A DNA stretch of 64,000 nt from NCBI GenBank assembly GCA_964479585.1, contig CAYZMP010000003.1, positions 5,045 through 69,044 of the forward strand, read 5' to 3'. The notes below the pieces were generated by a model. It searched no databases, was not told the DNA's origin, and saw only the letters and a program-made list of their open reading frames with translations. This DNA is from an uncultured Erysipelothrix sp. GTDB lineage: Bacteria > Bacillota_I > Bacilli_A > Erysipelotrichales > Erysipelotrichaceae. The position numbers were made by a program, and so were the translations under genes. Shown here piece by piece: positions 16,982 to 27,575 of this stretch. Numbering within the stretch: position 1 is the stretch's first letter; each line of letters starts with the position of its first letter.

Positions 16982-17854
16982 TTATTGTGCTAAGAATTCT
17001 TCATAAGTACAATTACACTCATAAATTTTCGCTGCTAATTCTTTACCTACAAATCGAAAATGCCAAGGTTCATGTATATATCCTGTGATATGCGTTTTAT
17101 TTTGTGGATATCTTAGAATAAAGCCAAAGTGATGAGCATTTTGACTTAACCACTTCCCTTCCTCTGTATTACCAAACTGATGACTAATTCCACCAATTTC
17201 AGCTGAGGATAAATCAACTGCTAGTCCTGTTTGATGTTCACTATGACCAGCTCGAGCACTGTAAGTATCAGCTGAAGTTTGACCATTTCGACTTACGTAG
17301 TTTTGATAAATAGTTGCTTGTGTATTATAACTTCGATACGCTGATACAATGACAATGATGTAACCGTGTGTTTCTTTTGCACTTAAAATCATCTCACTTA
17401 ATGCATAATAAGCCACATCCCTTAAATAGTGCTTACGGTTGTCTAATTGATACATCGTTGACAATACTAAATTATTGGGGACATAATCACTAGGAAGTTG
17501 GTTTTGCTTGTTAACTAAAACATCTATTGTAGCTGGGTTACTTATTAGTTGAATATGTTGATAAAATGGGTCTTCGTACGACTTGTTTTCATTTTTTTCT
17601 CTTGCAATACGTTCTTGCTGTTCACGAATTTTTTTATCTTGCAACAAACGTTCTTGTCGTAAGAATTCTTGTTGATTATTATACTCAATTCTTTGTTGAA
17701 TATCGTTTTTATACTCTTTAATAGGCTTAATTAGTTCGAAACTTCGTTTAGGAAAAAGCGATTTATCCACGATATATTTTTGTTCATCTTTATTTTGTGT
17801 ACAACTAAAAAGTGCTGCTACGACAATCACTATTACGATCCATCTTTGTCTCAT
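16982..17854 (-). CDS. D-alanyl-D-alanine carboxypeptidase, VanY/M15B family, lipoprotein
   Basis: Lipobox ALFSC. SAYRSY, SEHQTGLAVD and EPWHFRF zinc-peptidase motifs. Confidence 0.85.
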   Translation of the reverse strand: MRQRWIVIVIVVAALFSCTQNKDEQKYIVDKSLFPKRSFELIKPIKEYKNDIQQRIEYNNQQEFLRQERLLQDKKIREQQERIAREKNENKSYEDPFYQHIQLISNPATIDVLVNKQNQLPSDYVPNNLVLSTMYQLDNRKHYLRDVAYYALSEMILSAKETHGYIIVIVSAYRSYNTQATIYQNYVSRNGQTSADTYSARAGHSEHQTGLAVDLSSAEIGGISHQFGNTEEGKWLSQNAHHFGFILRYPQNKTHITGYIHEPWHFRFVGKELAAKIYECNCTYEEFLAQ

Positions 17855-17909
17855 CTAATCACCTACTATTTCTTACTTTATCATAATCACCTTATCCCTT
17901 TCTTCCTTA

Positions 17910-17933
17910 TAAAAAAGCCTGCTTTAACAGGCT
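17910..17933 (-). terminator. rho-independent terminator after pgi
   Basis: Minus strand AGCCTG-TTAAAG-CAGGCT followed by TTTTTT. Confidence 0.65.
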
Positions 17934-19216
17934 TAATCTTCTTTCTTTAATAGTTTGAACATGTTTCTTTTGTACACTTCAACACCTGGTTGATTAAATG
18001 GATTAACATCCATTAAGTAAACACTCATTGCTACTGCTTTAAAATAGAAGTAGATGAGATAACCAAAGGTATACGCATTATCATTTGGGATATTGATAAT
18101 AATATTGGGTACTTCACCTTCTTGTGTATGTGCTAATAAAGTTCCTTGCATGGCTTGTTCGTTAATCCAATGTAAATTTTTTCCTACAAGATAATTTAAC
18201 TTGTCATCATCATTACGTAGTGCTGGAACTACAGCATCCATTTTTGGTGTTTCAACATTTAAGATGGTTTCAAAGAAGATTTTCTTTCCTTCTTGAATAA
18301 ACTGTCCCATGGAATGTAAGTCGGTGGAGAAAATGACAGAGGCTGGAAATAATCCTTTTCCTTCTTTACCTTCTGATTCTCCAAAGAGTTGTTTCCACCA
18401 TTCTGCTAACATGGCATAATGGCTTTCATATCCAACAAATATTTCCACATCTTTGTTTTGCTTTTCAATTAGTTTTCTTGCTAATCCATATTGATATGCA
18501 GGATTTTTTTCTAAATCACTTGTGTTTAAATCTTCAAAAGCTTGTTTTGATCCTTCCATTAATTGATCAATGTCTATACCTGCACAAGCAATAGGTAATA
18601 ATCCTACTGATGTAAAGACTGAATATCTTCCACCAATATCATCAGGAATGCTTAACTTTTCATAATTGTATGTTTGATTTTTAACCAACTCATATAACGT
18701 ACCTTTGTTTTTGTCGGTTGTGGCTATAATGCGCTTAGCACTTTCTTCCACACCGTAACGATTTTCCATGTAATTACGAATCATGCGAAATGCTAGTGCT
18801 GTTTCTGTTGTGGTACCTGATTTTGAAATTACGTTTAAAAATACTGACTTGTTTCTGATTCTTTCAAGGATTTGAACCAATGCGGTGGATGAAAATGTAT
18901 TCCCAACATAAATAATTTCTAATTTATCATCACCATATAGTCCATTAACAAACTCAATTGCTGCTCGTGCACCTAAGTATGAGCCACCAATACCACAGAC
19001 TAATAAAACATCTCCTTTTTCACGAATGTTCTTTGCAAGAGATTTTACTTTAGCAAACTCATCTTTATCATAGTTAATTGGCCAGTCAACCCATCCTAGA
19101 TAATCATTTCCCTTATGTGTTTTTTCATGAATCCAATGATGAATCTTGTCAACTTCTGATTGATACTCATTCAAATTTTGTTTTAACTTCGCATGTGATA
19201 AATCAACTTTAATCAT
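17933..19216 (-). CDS. pgi: glucose-6-phosphate isomerase
   Basis: 427 aa. GIGGSYLGARA, SKSGTTTE, GGRYS and ESEGK motifs of Firmicute-type PGI. Confidence 0.93.
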   Translation of the reverse strand: MIKVDLSHAKLKQNLNEYQSEVDKIHHWIHEKTHKGNDYLGWVDWPINYDKDEFAKVKSLAKNIREKGDVLLVCGIGGSYLGARAAIEFVNGLYGDDKLEIIYVGNTFSSTALVQILERIRNKSVFLNVISKSGTTTETALAFRMIRNYMENRYGVEESAKRIIATTDKNKGTLYELVKNQTYNYEKLSIPDDIGGRYSVFTSVGLLPIACAGIDIDQLMEGSKQAFEDLNTSDLEKNPAYQYGLARKLIEKQNKDVEIFVGYESHYAMLAEWWKQLFGESEGKEGKGLFPASVIFSTDLHSMGQFIQEGKKIFFETILNVETPKMDAVVPALRNDDDKLNYLVGKNLHWINEQAMQGTLLAHTQEGEVPNIIINIPNDNAYTFGYLIYFYFKAVAMSVYLMDVNPFNQPGVEVYKRNMFKLLKKED

Positions 19217-19571
19217 TATGTTCTTCCTTCCATTGTTTAATCCATTGAGGTAGAAGTTTAGATAGTGTTTGAAATCCTAAATTGCTTTCTGGAAGCTTTT
19301 GATCCTTTAATTTAGTACGATATCGACGCATAGGACGCTGATAAATCTGCTTTAATGACAGCTTTAATTTGTTTTGGTTTTCATTTACCTCTAATATTTT
19401 TAGATGCAAACAATCACCAATTTGAACATACTGGCTAATATCTTTTACATAGTTGTCTGCCAACTCTGAGATATGAATTAATCCAGATGTTTCTTTATCA
19501 ATATAAACAAATGCTCCATATGGTTGAATGCCTGTAACATACCCAACTACAACTTGTCCTACTCTATACAT
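19209..19571 (-). CDS. S1 RNA-binding domain protein (YabR/CvfD-like)
   Basis: 120 aa. GQVVVGYVTGIQPYGAFVYI...GLIHISEL is an S1 fold signature. Confidence 0.8.
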   Translation of the reverse strand: MYRVGQVVVGYVTGIQPYGAFVYIDKETSGLIHISELADNYVKDISQYVQIGDCLHLKILEVNENQNKLKLSLKQIYQRPMRRYRTKLKDQKLPESNLGFQTLSKLLPQWIKQWKEEHND

Positions 19572-19647
19572 CGCCTACTACCTCTGTTTGAAGTAATTAT
19601 ATCACATACAAAACTATCATGTGATATAATCAAAAAGAGGTGAAAAT

Positions 19648-20103
19648 ATGTTAGGTGCTATGTATCCATTTTGGGCAGCATTGATTGCAAATGTTGCAGC
19701 TCAAAGCTTAAAGCCAGTGTTTTATTACATACGAACTAAACAGTGGCGGCCCAAGTTATTTATCGAGAGCGGAGGATTTCCGAGTTCTCACACATCGATG
19801 GTTACTGCGCTGACACTTGCGGTTGGTTTGCAAGAACAATTTTCATCAAGTCTTTTTGCTGTAACTCTAACATTTGGATTGATTGTTGCATATGATGCGG
19901 CTAATGTTCGATATTATGCAGGACAAAACATACGAATAACACAACAATTAATCAAAGACATTCAATTACTAACACAAACTAAGTTAGATGACCCGATTTA
20001 CTTAATGAAAGTTAAAGAAGTACTAGGTCATCGTTGGATCGAAGTTATTGGTGGATTTGTCTTAGGAATTGTGTTAGCATTATTAATATTTCTAATTAAA
20101 TAG
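19648..20103 (+). CDS. divergent PAP2 family membrane protein (YuiD/DUF212-like)
   Basis: 151 aa. GGFPSSHTS and YDAANVR motifs. Confidence 0.75.
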   Translation: MLGAMYPFWAALIANVAAQSLKPVFYYIRTKQWRPKLFIESGGFPSSHTSMVTALTLAVGLQEQFSSSLFAVTLTFGLIVAYDAANVRYYAGQNIRITQQLIKDIQLLTQTKLDDPIYLMKVKEVLGHRWIEVIGGFVLGIVLALLIFLIK

Positions 20104-20112
20104 GAGGTTGTT

Positions 20113-20352
20113 ATGAAAGAGCAATTTGTTGAAGAAATTATCGAAACTCTCGATAAAATTCGTCCATATATCCAACGTGACGGTGGCGACGTTGAGTTTG
20201 TAGATGTCACCGATGAAGGTGTAGTTTCTGTACGTATGCTTGGTGCTTGCGTAGGATGTGGATTAGTTGATGACACTATTAAACTTGGTGTTGAAGCTAT
20301 CCTAACTGATGAAATACCTTTTGTTACAGAAGTAATCGTAGTAGAAGAATAA
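20113..20352 (+). CDS. NifU C-terminal domain (Nfu-type) Fe-S cluster carrier
   Basis: 79 aa. IRPYIQRDGGDVEFVDV...MLGACVGC CxxC motif. Confidence 0.85.
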   Translation: MKEQFVEEIIETLDKIRPYIQRDGGDVEFVDVTDEGVVSVRMLGACVGCGLVDDTIKLGVEAILTDEIPFVTEVIVVEE

Positions 20353-20375
20353 GAACTAGCGTCTCGCTAGTTCTT

Positions 20376-21527
20376 TTATTTTTCTTTATTAGTTAAATTG
20401 ATATCCTTCTCTTTTAATCTGAAATGTACTATTTCTTTTACAATAACATAAACGATAGCAAATATCGGAACACCTAAAAACATACCAATTAATCCAAAAA
20501 AGCCTCCGCCAACGATAATGGCAAACATAATCCATAATCCTGGAAGACCTACAGAATCTCCCAAAATCATTGGGCCAATGAAGTTTCCATCCAATTGTTG
20601 TAAAAATAACACGAATAATGCAAACCAAATGGTATACATTGGATTTACAATAAACAAAATAAATATAGAAGGTATAGCACCAATAAATGGGCCAAATACT
20701 GGAATCATGTTTGTAATACCAATGATAAAACTAATTAGTACTGCATAGGGCCAATTAAATATTGTCATCCCAATAAAACAAAGCAATCCAATAATGATGG
20801 AATCAATTGTCTTACCAACAATAAAGTTGTTAAATGTCTTTGAACTTAAATTTGCTAGAGAAACTAAACGATCTGCATCTTTTTTATGTAAAATAGCATA
20901 GGTGACTTTTTTAAATTGGAGACCAAAACGTTCACGTTCAACTAAAATGTATAATGCGATGATTAGTCCTAAAAATATTCTGAAAATCAAATTAGCAAGT
21001 TGAAAGGAATATGTTAAGATTCTTGGTAAATACTCTCTTACTAATCCACCTAGAGAATCAAGAATATCTTCACCAGATCCAATAAGTATATCAGTAAACT
21101 CTTCTCGCACATTTAACTGTAATATTAAATCATTAATGTATCGTTCAGCAGCAGTTATATAAGCGGGTAATTGAATGGTTAATGTGTTAATTGATGATAT
21201 TAGTTGAGGTAATAGTATGTAGACTCCAAGTGCCATAATGCCAACAACAATAATCATGGCACTTATGGCAGAAATAACACGTTTTACTTTTGCTTTTATT
21301 TTAATATCATACAATAACTTTGCTTCAATATAGTTCATTAATGGAGCAACTAAAAAAGCAATAGCAAAACCAACCACAAACGGTAGTAAAACAGAAAAAA
21401 ATTCAGATATTTTTGCAGAAATTACAGGCATGTTTTGAATTAAGAAATAAAAAATCAAAACTATTATCCCTGCAACAGCTAATGCAATTGTTTGGTCTTT
21501 TTGCTCAGGTTTAAATTTGTATCTCAT
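20376..21527 (-). CDS. AI-2E family transporter (PerM/YdiK-like permease)
   Basis: 383 aa polytopic protein. C-terminal ..NMIPVFGPFIGAIP.. and QQLDGNFIGP motifs. Confidence 0.8.
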   Translation of the reverse strand: MRYKFKPEQKDQTIALAVAGIIVLIFYFLIQNMPVISAKISEFFSVLLPFVVGFAIAFLVAPLMNYIEAKLLYDIKIKAKVKRVISAISAMIIVVGIMALGVYILLPQLISSINTLTIQLPAYITAAERYINDLILQLNVREEFTDILIGSGEDILDSLGGLVREYLPRILTYSFQLANLIFRIFLGLIIALYILVERERFGLQFKKVTYAILHKKDADRLVSLANLSSKTFNNFIVGKTIDSIIIGLLCFIGMTIFNWPYAVLISFIIGITNMIPVFGPFIGAIPSIFILFIVNPMYTIWFALFVLFLQQLDGNFIGPMILGDSVGLPGLWIMFAIIVGGGFFGLIGMFLGVPIFAIVYVIVKEIVHFRLKEKDINLTNKEK

Positions 21528-21538
21528 AGTATCTCCAT

Positions 21539-23332
21539 TTATATATCAAATATTTCTAATGATGTTAGTCCTTGATTTTCACGTAAATCACTTCCAAATG
21601 CACCTCTACTCACAAGAACAATAGGTGGCATTTGAATCCTTTTAAATACGCCAAGTTCTACTTGTCTTAATACCCATTTCAAATCATTAATAAAATCATT
21701 ATACGTGGTAAGGTTATAAATCTCCAACCATTTCTTTAAATTACTATCGATTACGTTGTTTGTCTTCACTTGTTGAATAATATCCTGTATTTCATAAGTA
21801 GGGTACTCTGTTATCTTTTCAATCAAATAATCATGATAACCCCACTTCATTGGATCTTGTTGATTCTCTTTTAGTTCTGCAGATGGCATAAAATCAAACT
21901 CTAAACCATGTTCTGTCTCTGTTGGTATTAAATTGATTGGAATTATTTCATTTTCAAAATATTCATTTAGTTGCTTGGCTAGTTCAAATACTTGCATCTT
22001 TGTACAATCCCCAAGAGGAGATAGTGCACCTATAGTATCGCCATATAGTGTGCAATAACCTAATGCAGTTTCTACCTTATTCCCGTTATTAACAATTACG
22101 CCATTTCGTAAAGCTGCTAAGGTAGATAGCAAATGACCACGGACTCGAGCTTGAACATTTTCTAAAATGAATTCGTGCTCTTTCGAGTCATTTAGTGAGA
22201 GTGTATTCTTTGTGGCTTCCACTAATTTTTCAATGGAATGTTCAACATACTCAATATTTAAGTTTTTTGCTGTTTGCTTGGCATTGTTAATACTAATGGA
22301 TTGATTGTATTTACTAGGCATGTTAACTGCAATGATTCGATGTGAACCTAATGCTTTGCTTAGTAATGCAATAGAAACAGTGCTATCAATACCTCCGGAT
22401 AACCCTACAATCCACTTTTTGCTTTGTTGAAACATTTGCTGATCAAATGCTTTAATTGCATATACAATTGCATCCATCATCTTGTTGTTTGTTATGGCTT
22501 TATGCATTTGATGTGAAAGTGTTAGCTCTTGATAAAACGAGTCATTGCTTTGGGTTGTAATTTCTCCATTGTGATTACAGATAAATGATCCACCATCAAA
22601 CACGACTACATTCTTGCCCGTATTTTGCATGCCAACAACATTAACATACACGAATGTTTTTATTTGATATCGTTTTGACTTATTTAATGCATGTCGAACT
22701 CTTGCTTTCTCTTTATTGTTAGACCACGGAGAACTTGATACATTAATTAACACATCAAGATTTTGAGTGGCCCAGTTTTGTGTTGGATTACTTTGATAAT
22801 GCTCATCCCACAAGTCTTCACACACTTCTAATCCGACTTTTTGAGGTTGACCTTGAACCATAACAACAAATGGGGAAAACATGTCTTGCTTACTAAGCTG
22901 TTGCCCTGAAACAAAATATCTTTCATCGTCAAATATCCGGTAATTTGGTAACAAATGCTTTATATAAGGTAAAGAAGAACCGTTTTCTCTGTTAACGAAT
23001 GTTTTGTTTTGCGCAACAAACCCACAATTGTAAATTGCCATTCGTCCACTATGATGTGTACAGTCTTTTTTTAAGTTAGTCGCAATATTTCCCCATACGA
23101 TAATAATACCATCGGCCAATTTAACAATTTCATCATTGTATGATTCACACGTGGAAACAAACGCATCATTAAACCATGTATCGCCAATTAAATATCCACT
23201 AATTACAAGTTCACCAAAAACAATACAATCAACATGATTGTCTTTGGCTTGTTGGATCATTTTTTTCATTGTCTCGAAGTTTTTGCTTGGTTGTTTAGCA
23301 ATAACTTCCATTTGTGCTAATGCTATATTCAT
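21539..23332 (-). CDS. nadE: glutamine-dependent NAD+ synthetase (CN-hydrolase domain plus NAD synthase domain)
   Basis: 597 aa. N-terminal nitrilase-like domain (FGELVISGY, ..CEDLW..) and C-terminal GLSGGIDS PP-loop. Confidence 0.88.
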   Translation of the reverse strand: MNIALAQMEVIAKQPSKNFETMKKMIQQAKDNHVDCIVFGELVISGYLIGDTWFNDAFVSTCESYNDEIVKLADGIIIVWGNIATNLKKDCTHHSGRMAIYNCGFVAQNKTFVNRENGSSLPYIKHLLPNYRIFDDERYFVSGQQLSKQDMFSPFVVMVQGQPQKVGLEVCEDLWDEHYQSNPTQNWATQNLDVLINVSSSPWSNNKEKARVRHALNKSKRYQIKTFVYVNVVGMQNTGKNVVVFDGGSFICNHNGEITTQSNDSFYQELTLSHQMHKAITNNKMMDAIVYAIKAFDQQMFQQSKKWIVGLSGGIDSTVSIALLSKALGSHRIIAVNMPSKYNQSISINNAKQTAKNLNIEYVEHSIEKLVEATKNTLSLNDSKEHEFILENVQARVRGHLLSTLAALRNGVIVNNGNKVETALGYCTLYGDTIGALSPLGDCTKMQVFELAKQLNEYFENEIIPINLIPTETEHGLEFDFMPSAELKENQQDPMKWGYHDYLIEKITEYPTYEIQDIIQQVKTNNVIDSNLKKWLEIYNLTTYNDFINDLKWVLRQVELGVFKRIQMPPIVLVSRGAFGSDLRENQGLTSLEIFDI

Positions 23333-23357
23333 TCAAACCCTCTTTTTTATTATACCA

Positions 23358-24077
23358 TTAAATGTTTGCGGATTTTCTTTGTCTTACAACTTCAAAAGCC
23401 AATACGGCGCTAGCTGATACTGATGTGAGTGCTACTTTAACAGTATTATCATAAACCACATGAACAAAAACATCACTTGCTTCAATAACTGGTTTTGAAA
23501 GCCCTCTTTTTTCTCCACCAATACATAAACAGATTCTATTTGGGTATGTTACTTGATCATACTCCATAGAATTTTTTGAACGAAGTGCACTATAAATAGG
23601 AATATTATCTTGTTTGAGCTTAGATAGAATGTCATCAAAGCTATCTACTGCTATCCAATGGATAGCCTCACTTGTACCTGCTGAAGCTTTTAATATGATC
23701 GCTTCATTGTCGTTATACTCTCGATAATTTGTAATAACTGTAGAAAATCCTGCTGCTGTGGCTGTACGTATAACCATCCCAAGGTTATATGGATCTTCTA
23801 TTCCTTCAATTAGCATTATATCACTTGATGGAGCAAAATCTTCTTGATAAGTACGATAACCTACCTTTGCAAGTACACCACCATGAGTATTCCCTACTGC
23901 CATTTCAGTTGCTTCTTCTTTACTAATCAAAGAAAATTCGATGTTGTTTTTGTAGCACAAATGACGAATGTATTGAATATCTTTCGTATGTTTTTTTGAT
24001 GGCAAATAGACGTGATATACATCACGATTCTCATACTTTAGTGCTGCTTTTACTGATAATGCTCCTTCAATAATCAT
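23358..24077 (-). CDS. TrmH/SpoU-family RNA 2'-O-methyltransferase
   Basis: 239 aa. IEDPYNLGMVIRTA, ..GGEKRGLS.. and C-terminal SLNVS-like (LTSVSASA) SpoU knot motifs. Confidence 0.8.
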   Translation of the reverse strand: MIIEGALSVKAALKYENRDVYHVYLPSKKHTKDIQYIRHLCYKNNIEFSLISKEEATEMAVGNTHGGVLAKVGYRTYQEDFAPSSDIMLIEGIEDPYNLGMVIRTATAAGFSTVITNYREYNDNEAIILKASAGTSEAIHWIAVDSFDDILSKLKQDNIPIYSALRSKNSMEYDQVTYPNRICLCIGGEKRGLSKPVIEASDVFVHVVYDNTVKVALTSVSASAVLAFEVVRQRKSANI

Positions 24078-25276
24078 TTTTTTATCTTTCTAACAAAGTC
24101 ACCTTCATCTACTTTGATTGGGATGTGCAACTTGATTATTTCCATTGGTTTATATACTCGTTCTACTTGTTCATTATCGCTGTTGACTATTGTAGTGACA
24201 ACAAACTGAAACGGTTCATGATGTGGTCCAAACACTTCACATGTTGTATCTACATCAAAATGATTTCTAACTTGGAATGTTGCCATTCTAGTTTCTTGAT
24301 CATAACTCAACACAATTCCTAAAAACTCTTGAGTGACACCTGCTCCATTAACACCATAAAGATGACCATGCTCATTTGGTCTTTCATTATAAAAGCCTGA
24401 GAATGTTGGTCTGTTTTCGGCTTTTGCTAGCTCTTCATGCGTTTTTTGAATGAGTGTTTTAGAATCCATTGTATTTATGTTATCTAAAAACATACGATAT
24501 GAAGATACCACAGTTGCTAAATAGTACTCCGACTTCATTCGACCTTCAATTTTTAAGCTTGCTACATTATGATCGACAAGTTGTTCTAGCACATCGGTAG
24601 CGTTTAAATCTTTAGAACTCATCGAAAACAACACTTCTTCATCATGAATAGCTTTTTTATGTTGATCAAATACTTCATACTTCCAACGACAACTTTGTGC
24701 GCAACCTCCACGATTAGCATCTCTTAATGTCATGTAATTACTCAATGTACATCGACCAGAAATATTGACGCACATTCCTCCATGTATAAAGACTTCTGTT
24801 GGTAAAATGCTTTTCTCATTAATCATAATGACATCTTGCAGCGAACACTCACGAGCTAATACGACACGATCAACACCAAGTTGTTTATAAAACTCTAGTG
24901 CATAAGAGTTTGTTGCGGATAACTGGGTGCTCAGATGAATTTCCATGTTTTTTGTTACTTCTTTAGCTAATTTAATAACATAATAAGAAGCTACGATGAT
25001 AGCATCCACACCAATGGAATCAAGTAGTATTAAATACTCTTTTAATCCTTTTAAATCTTCTTTATGAAATATCATATTAACAGTAACATATACTTTTTTA
25101 TTAAACTTATGAGCATATTCAACAGCTTCTTGGATGTCGCTAATCTCAAAGTTACTCGCTCTTGCTCGAAGTGAATACGATTTCCCACCTAAAAATACTG
25201 CATCAGCTCCAAAATCAATGGCTGTCTTAAGTCTGTTCAAATCTCCAGCAGGAGCTAATAATTCTGTTTGTTTCAT
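24074..25276 (-). CDS. peptidase U32 family protein (YrrO/TrhP-like, tRNA U34 hydroxylation family)
   Basis: 400 aa. ELLAPAG, ADAVF.GG, and E..IHG..C...SGRC..S U32 signature. Confidence 0.8.
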   Translation of the reverse strand: MKQTELLAPAGDLNRLKTAIDFGADAVFLGGKSYSLRARASNFEISDIQEAVEYAHKFNKKVYVTVNMIFHKEDLKGLKEYLILLDSIGVDAIIVASYYVIKLAKEVTKNMEIHLSTQLSATNSYALEFYKQLGVDRVVLARECSLQDVIMINEKSILPTEVFIHGGMCVNISGRCTLSNYMTLRDANRGGCAQSCRWKYEVFDQHKKAIHDEEVLFSMSSKDLNATDVLEQLVDHNVASLKIEGRMKSEYYLATVVSSYRMFLDNINTMDSKTLIQKTHEELAKAENRPTFSGFYNERPNEHGHLYGVNGAGVTQEFLGIVLSYDQETRMATFQVRNHFDVDTTCEVFGPHHEPFQFVVTTIVNSDNEQVERVYKPMEIIKLHIPIKVDEGDFVRKIKK

Positions 25277-26163
25277 TTTATCTTATCCTTTGCTAGAGTT
25301 GTATCTTGATAATTTAGTCCACTTGAAAATTGGTGGTTTTGACTTTGTTGATGCAAATATAGATTGATTTCATCATTTGTTATCTTGTTTGAAAAGTAAG
25401 CAATTACATTTGCTATGATGTCATCTTCAATAAAATTAGTGTCTATCCAACCATACTTCAATCCTATGTTTTCAAGATTAATCTTCTCATCAATTAAATG
25501 AACAATTGTATCAGTAAACATTGAAAACCCATGTTGATCTTCAAATCCTATATATTTCTGATCTCTTTGATCCTCTTTAAAATAGAACTTCTCATAATGT
25601 GATGGGTTTGTTTGATTAATCTGATTGAAATAATTCGTAAGTAAAGGTCGATATGATTTAGACATCACTTGATATCCGAAGATTGGTAACATGATTTGTT
25701 TTGGACATTGTGCAACGATGTCTACTTTTTTTTCATACGTAATTTCCCTTGCAGGCATTATTAAGGTTGCACCATTTTCTAAAAGCATCATCGCATCATT
25801 GGCATTAGCAATGGTTGTATCTGAATGAAAATAGATGTTTTTTGTTAGTTTTGTTTTTAGATAAAACATCACCCCAACATCGCTAACTATAAAATAGTCA
25901 AAGGACACTTTTTGTAGTATATCATTGATTTCCTTAATGAGGGTGTCAAACTCACTTTCTAATATTACCCTATTTATAAGTAAGCCTAGCTTGCTTTGAA
26001 ATTTATCCGCCATGCTTTTTAGTGAGTTTAGGTTATCAATGTGTGTTGGGTTTATGATTGCACTTGAAAGAAATGCAGTTGTAATTACAAAATTTCTACA
26101 ACCGCTTTGGGCAAATAGATCAATTTGTTCAGAATTGTTTACGTGTACGATAGTTTCAATCAT
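25273..26163 (-). CDS. peptidase U32 family protein (YrrN-like partner)
   Basis: 296 aa, weaker U32-like TIM-barrel pattern. 4-nt overlap with the downstream U32 gene, the arrangement of the Bacillus yrrN-yrrO pair. Confidence 0.6.
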   Translation of the reverse strand: MIETIVHVNNSEQIDLFAQSGCRNFVITTAFLSSAIINPTHIDNLNSLKSMADKFQSKLGLLINRVILESEFDTLIKEINDILQKVSFDYFIVSDVGVMFYLKTKLTKNIYFHSDTTIANANDAMMLLENGATLIMPAREITYEKKVDIVAQCPKQIMLPIFGYQVMSKSYRPLLTNYFNQINQTNPSHYEKFYFKEDQRDQKYIGFEDQHGFSMFTDTIVHLIDEKINLENIGLKYGWIDTNFIEDDIIANVIAYFSNKITNDEINLYLHQQSQNHQFSSGLNYQDTTLAKDKIK

Positions 26164-27503
26164 TAGACTTCAATAAACTCCTTGTTTTTGTTTCTAAATA
26201 CAATCGCAATAAAGAGTGTAACTACAACCACAATAGTACTTATTGCTGTAAATACCATTTGATATAACTCACTGCCCTCAAATGTTGAAGGTATTAACTG
26301 TAAAATAAGTGCATACACTTTATCACCATAATATATACCAACTGCAAAAAACGTTTGGTAAATACCCATACTAACTTCACGCAGTCTAACTTCAAATGGT
26401 TGTAGTGCAAGTCCTAATAAGACATTGTATAGAATTCCATATCCAAACCCATTTAACCCATAAACAAAAAACAGTAATACAGAGTTTGTCGATGTAGCAC
26501 TTATAATTGAAAACATAAAGACGCTTAACAAACCTATATACAATGTGTTTTTGGTCCCCAGTTTTTTCTTTAAATATAAGCCAGCAATAACACCAGCAAC
26601 AAGTTGAAATATTGAAAACATAACATCTAAATATGCCACAAGAACATCATTCATTAAAACTAGTTCACTTGTAGCATAAGCAACCATGTTTGCTTGTCCA
26701 GATGCAAATCGCACAAAGGACACAATAACACCTAATAAGGACACCATTAAGAAACGAACATCGGTTAATACTGTTTTGAATCTTTCTAAAGTGAAATTTT
26801 TCTGTTTCTGTTTGTTATCCTTAATGGTAAGTAGAAAAACAAATGCTACTAACGCTAGCAATCCACTTAGCAACCATAAAATATTGTAGTTTTTGATTGT
26901 ATCTTGTGTCAGTAATGATTGTATTGGTGCGACTAAAAACTCAGCTAATAATGGAGCAATAGATAGTATTGATACTGAAACCATTGCTTGCTTGGCATTA
27001 AAAGTTTCGGAAAACATGACATTAAATAGTGCAAGTATACTTGCTCCTAATCCTAGAGCTAGAGATGATGCAAACAAGGTATAAGCATCCGCATTTAAAA
27101 ATACTGCAAATGAAGTTAATGCAATAAATACCAATGCAAATCCTATAATCTTTTTTCGTGATGTTAAATAATCACTCGTTATAAAAACAGGAAGTCTAGC
27201 AAACATCGAGATTAGACCATACGCTGCAACGATGTTAGCTGCAACAATTCCATCTAAACCTAATCCTCCCAAATCCATGGGTGTCGTGGCATATACTTTG
27301 CGATAAGCACGAATGATGTTAATGCTTGCCCAAAACAAAACTAGTAACACAAAAATTAGTAATTGATATTTTGTTAAATTGTACTTTTTATATATGTAGT
27401 AAATTAACCCAAGTGAAAATAGTACGGTAATTATATATACAAATGGTTTAAGATCTATCAAATTAAACATATCAAACAATTGGTTATTCTCCTTTTCTAT
27501 CAT
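26163..27503 (-). CDS. MFS transporter
   Basis: 446 aa, about 12 TM helices. The stop overlaps the start of the U32 gene by 1 nt. Confidence 0.75.
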   Translation of the reverse strand: MIEKENNQLFDMFNLIDLKPFVYIITVLFSLGLIYYIYKKYNLTKYQLLIFVLLVLFWASINIIRAYRKVYATTPMDLGGLGLDGIVAANIVAAYGLISMFARLPVFITSDYLTSRKKIIGFALVFIALTSFAVFLNADAYTLFASSLALGLGASILALFNVMFSETFNAKQAMVSVSILSIAPLLAEFLVAPIQSLLTQDTIKNYNILWLLSGLLALVAFVFLLTIKDNKQKQKNFTLERFKTVLTDVRFLMVSLLGVIVSFVRFASGQANMVAYATSELVLMNDVLVAYLDVMFSIFQLVAGVIAGLYLKKKLGTKNTLYIGLLSVFMFSIISATSTNSVLLFFVYGLNGFGYGILYNVLLGLALQPFEVRLREVSMGIYQTFFAVGIYYGDKVYALILQLIPSTFEGSELYQMVFTAISTIVVVVTLFIAIVFRNKNKEFIEV

Positions 27504-27575
27504 GTATAAGTTTAAACGAATTGATTGAGAAAATAAAGGTGAATGTTATAATGTAGTCATTATTGAGGTATTTTT

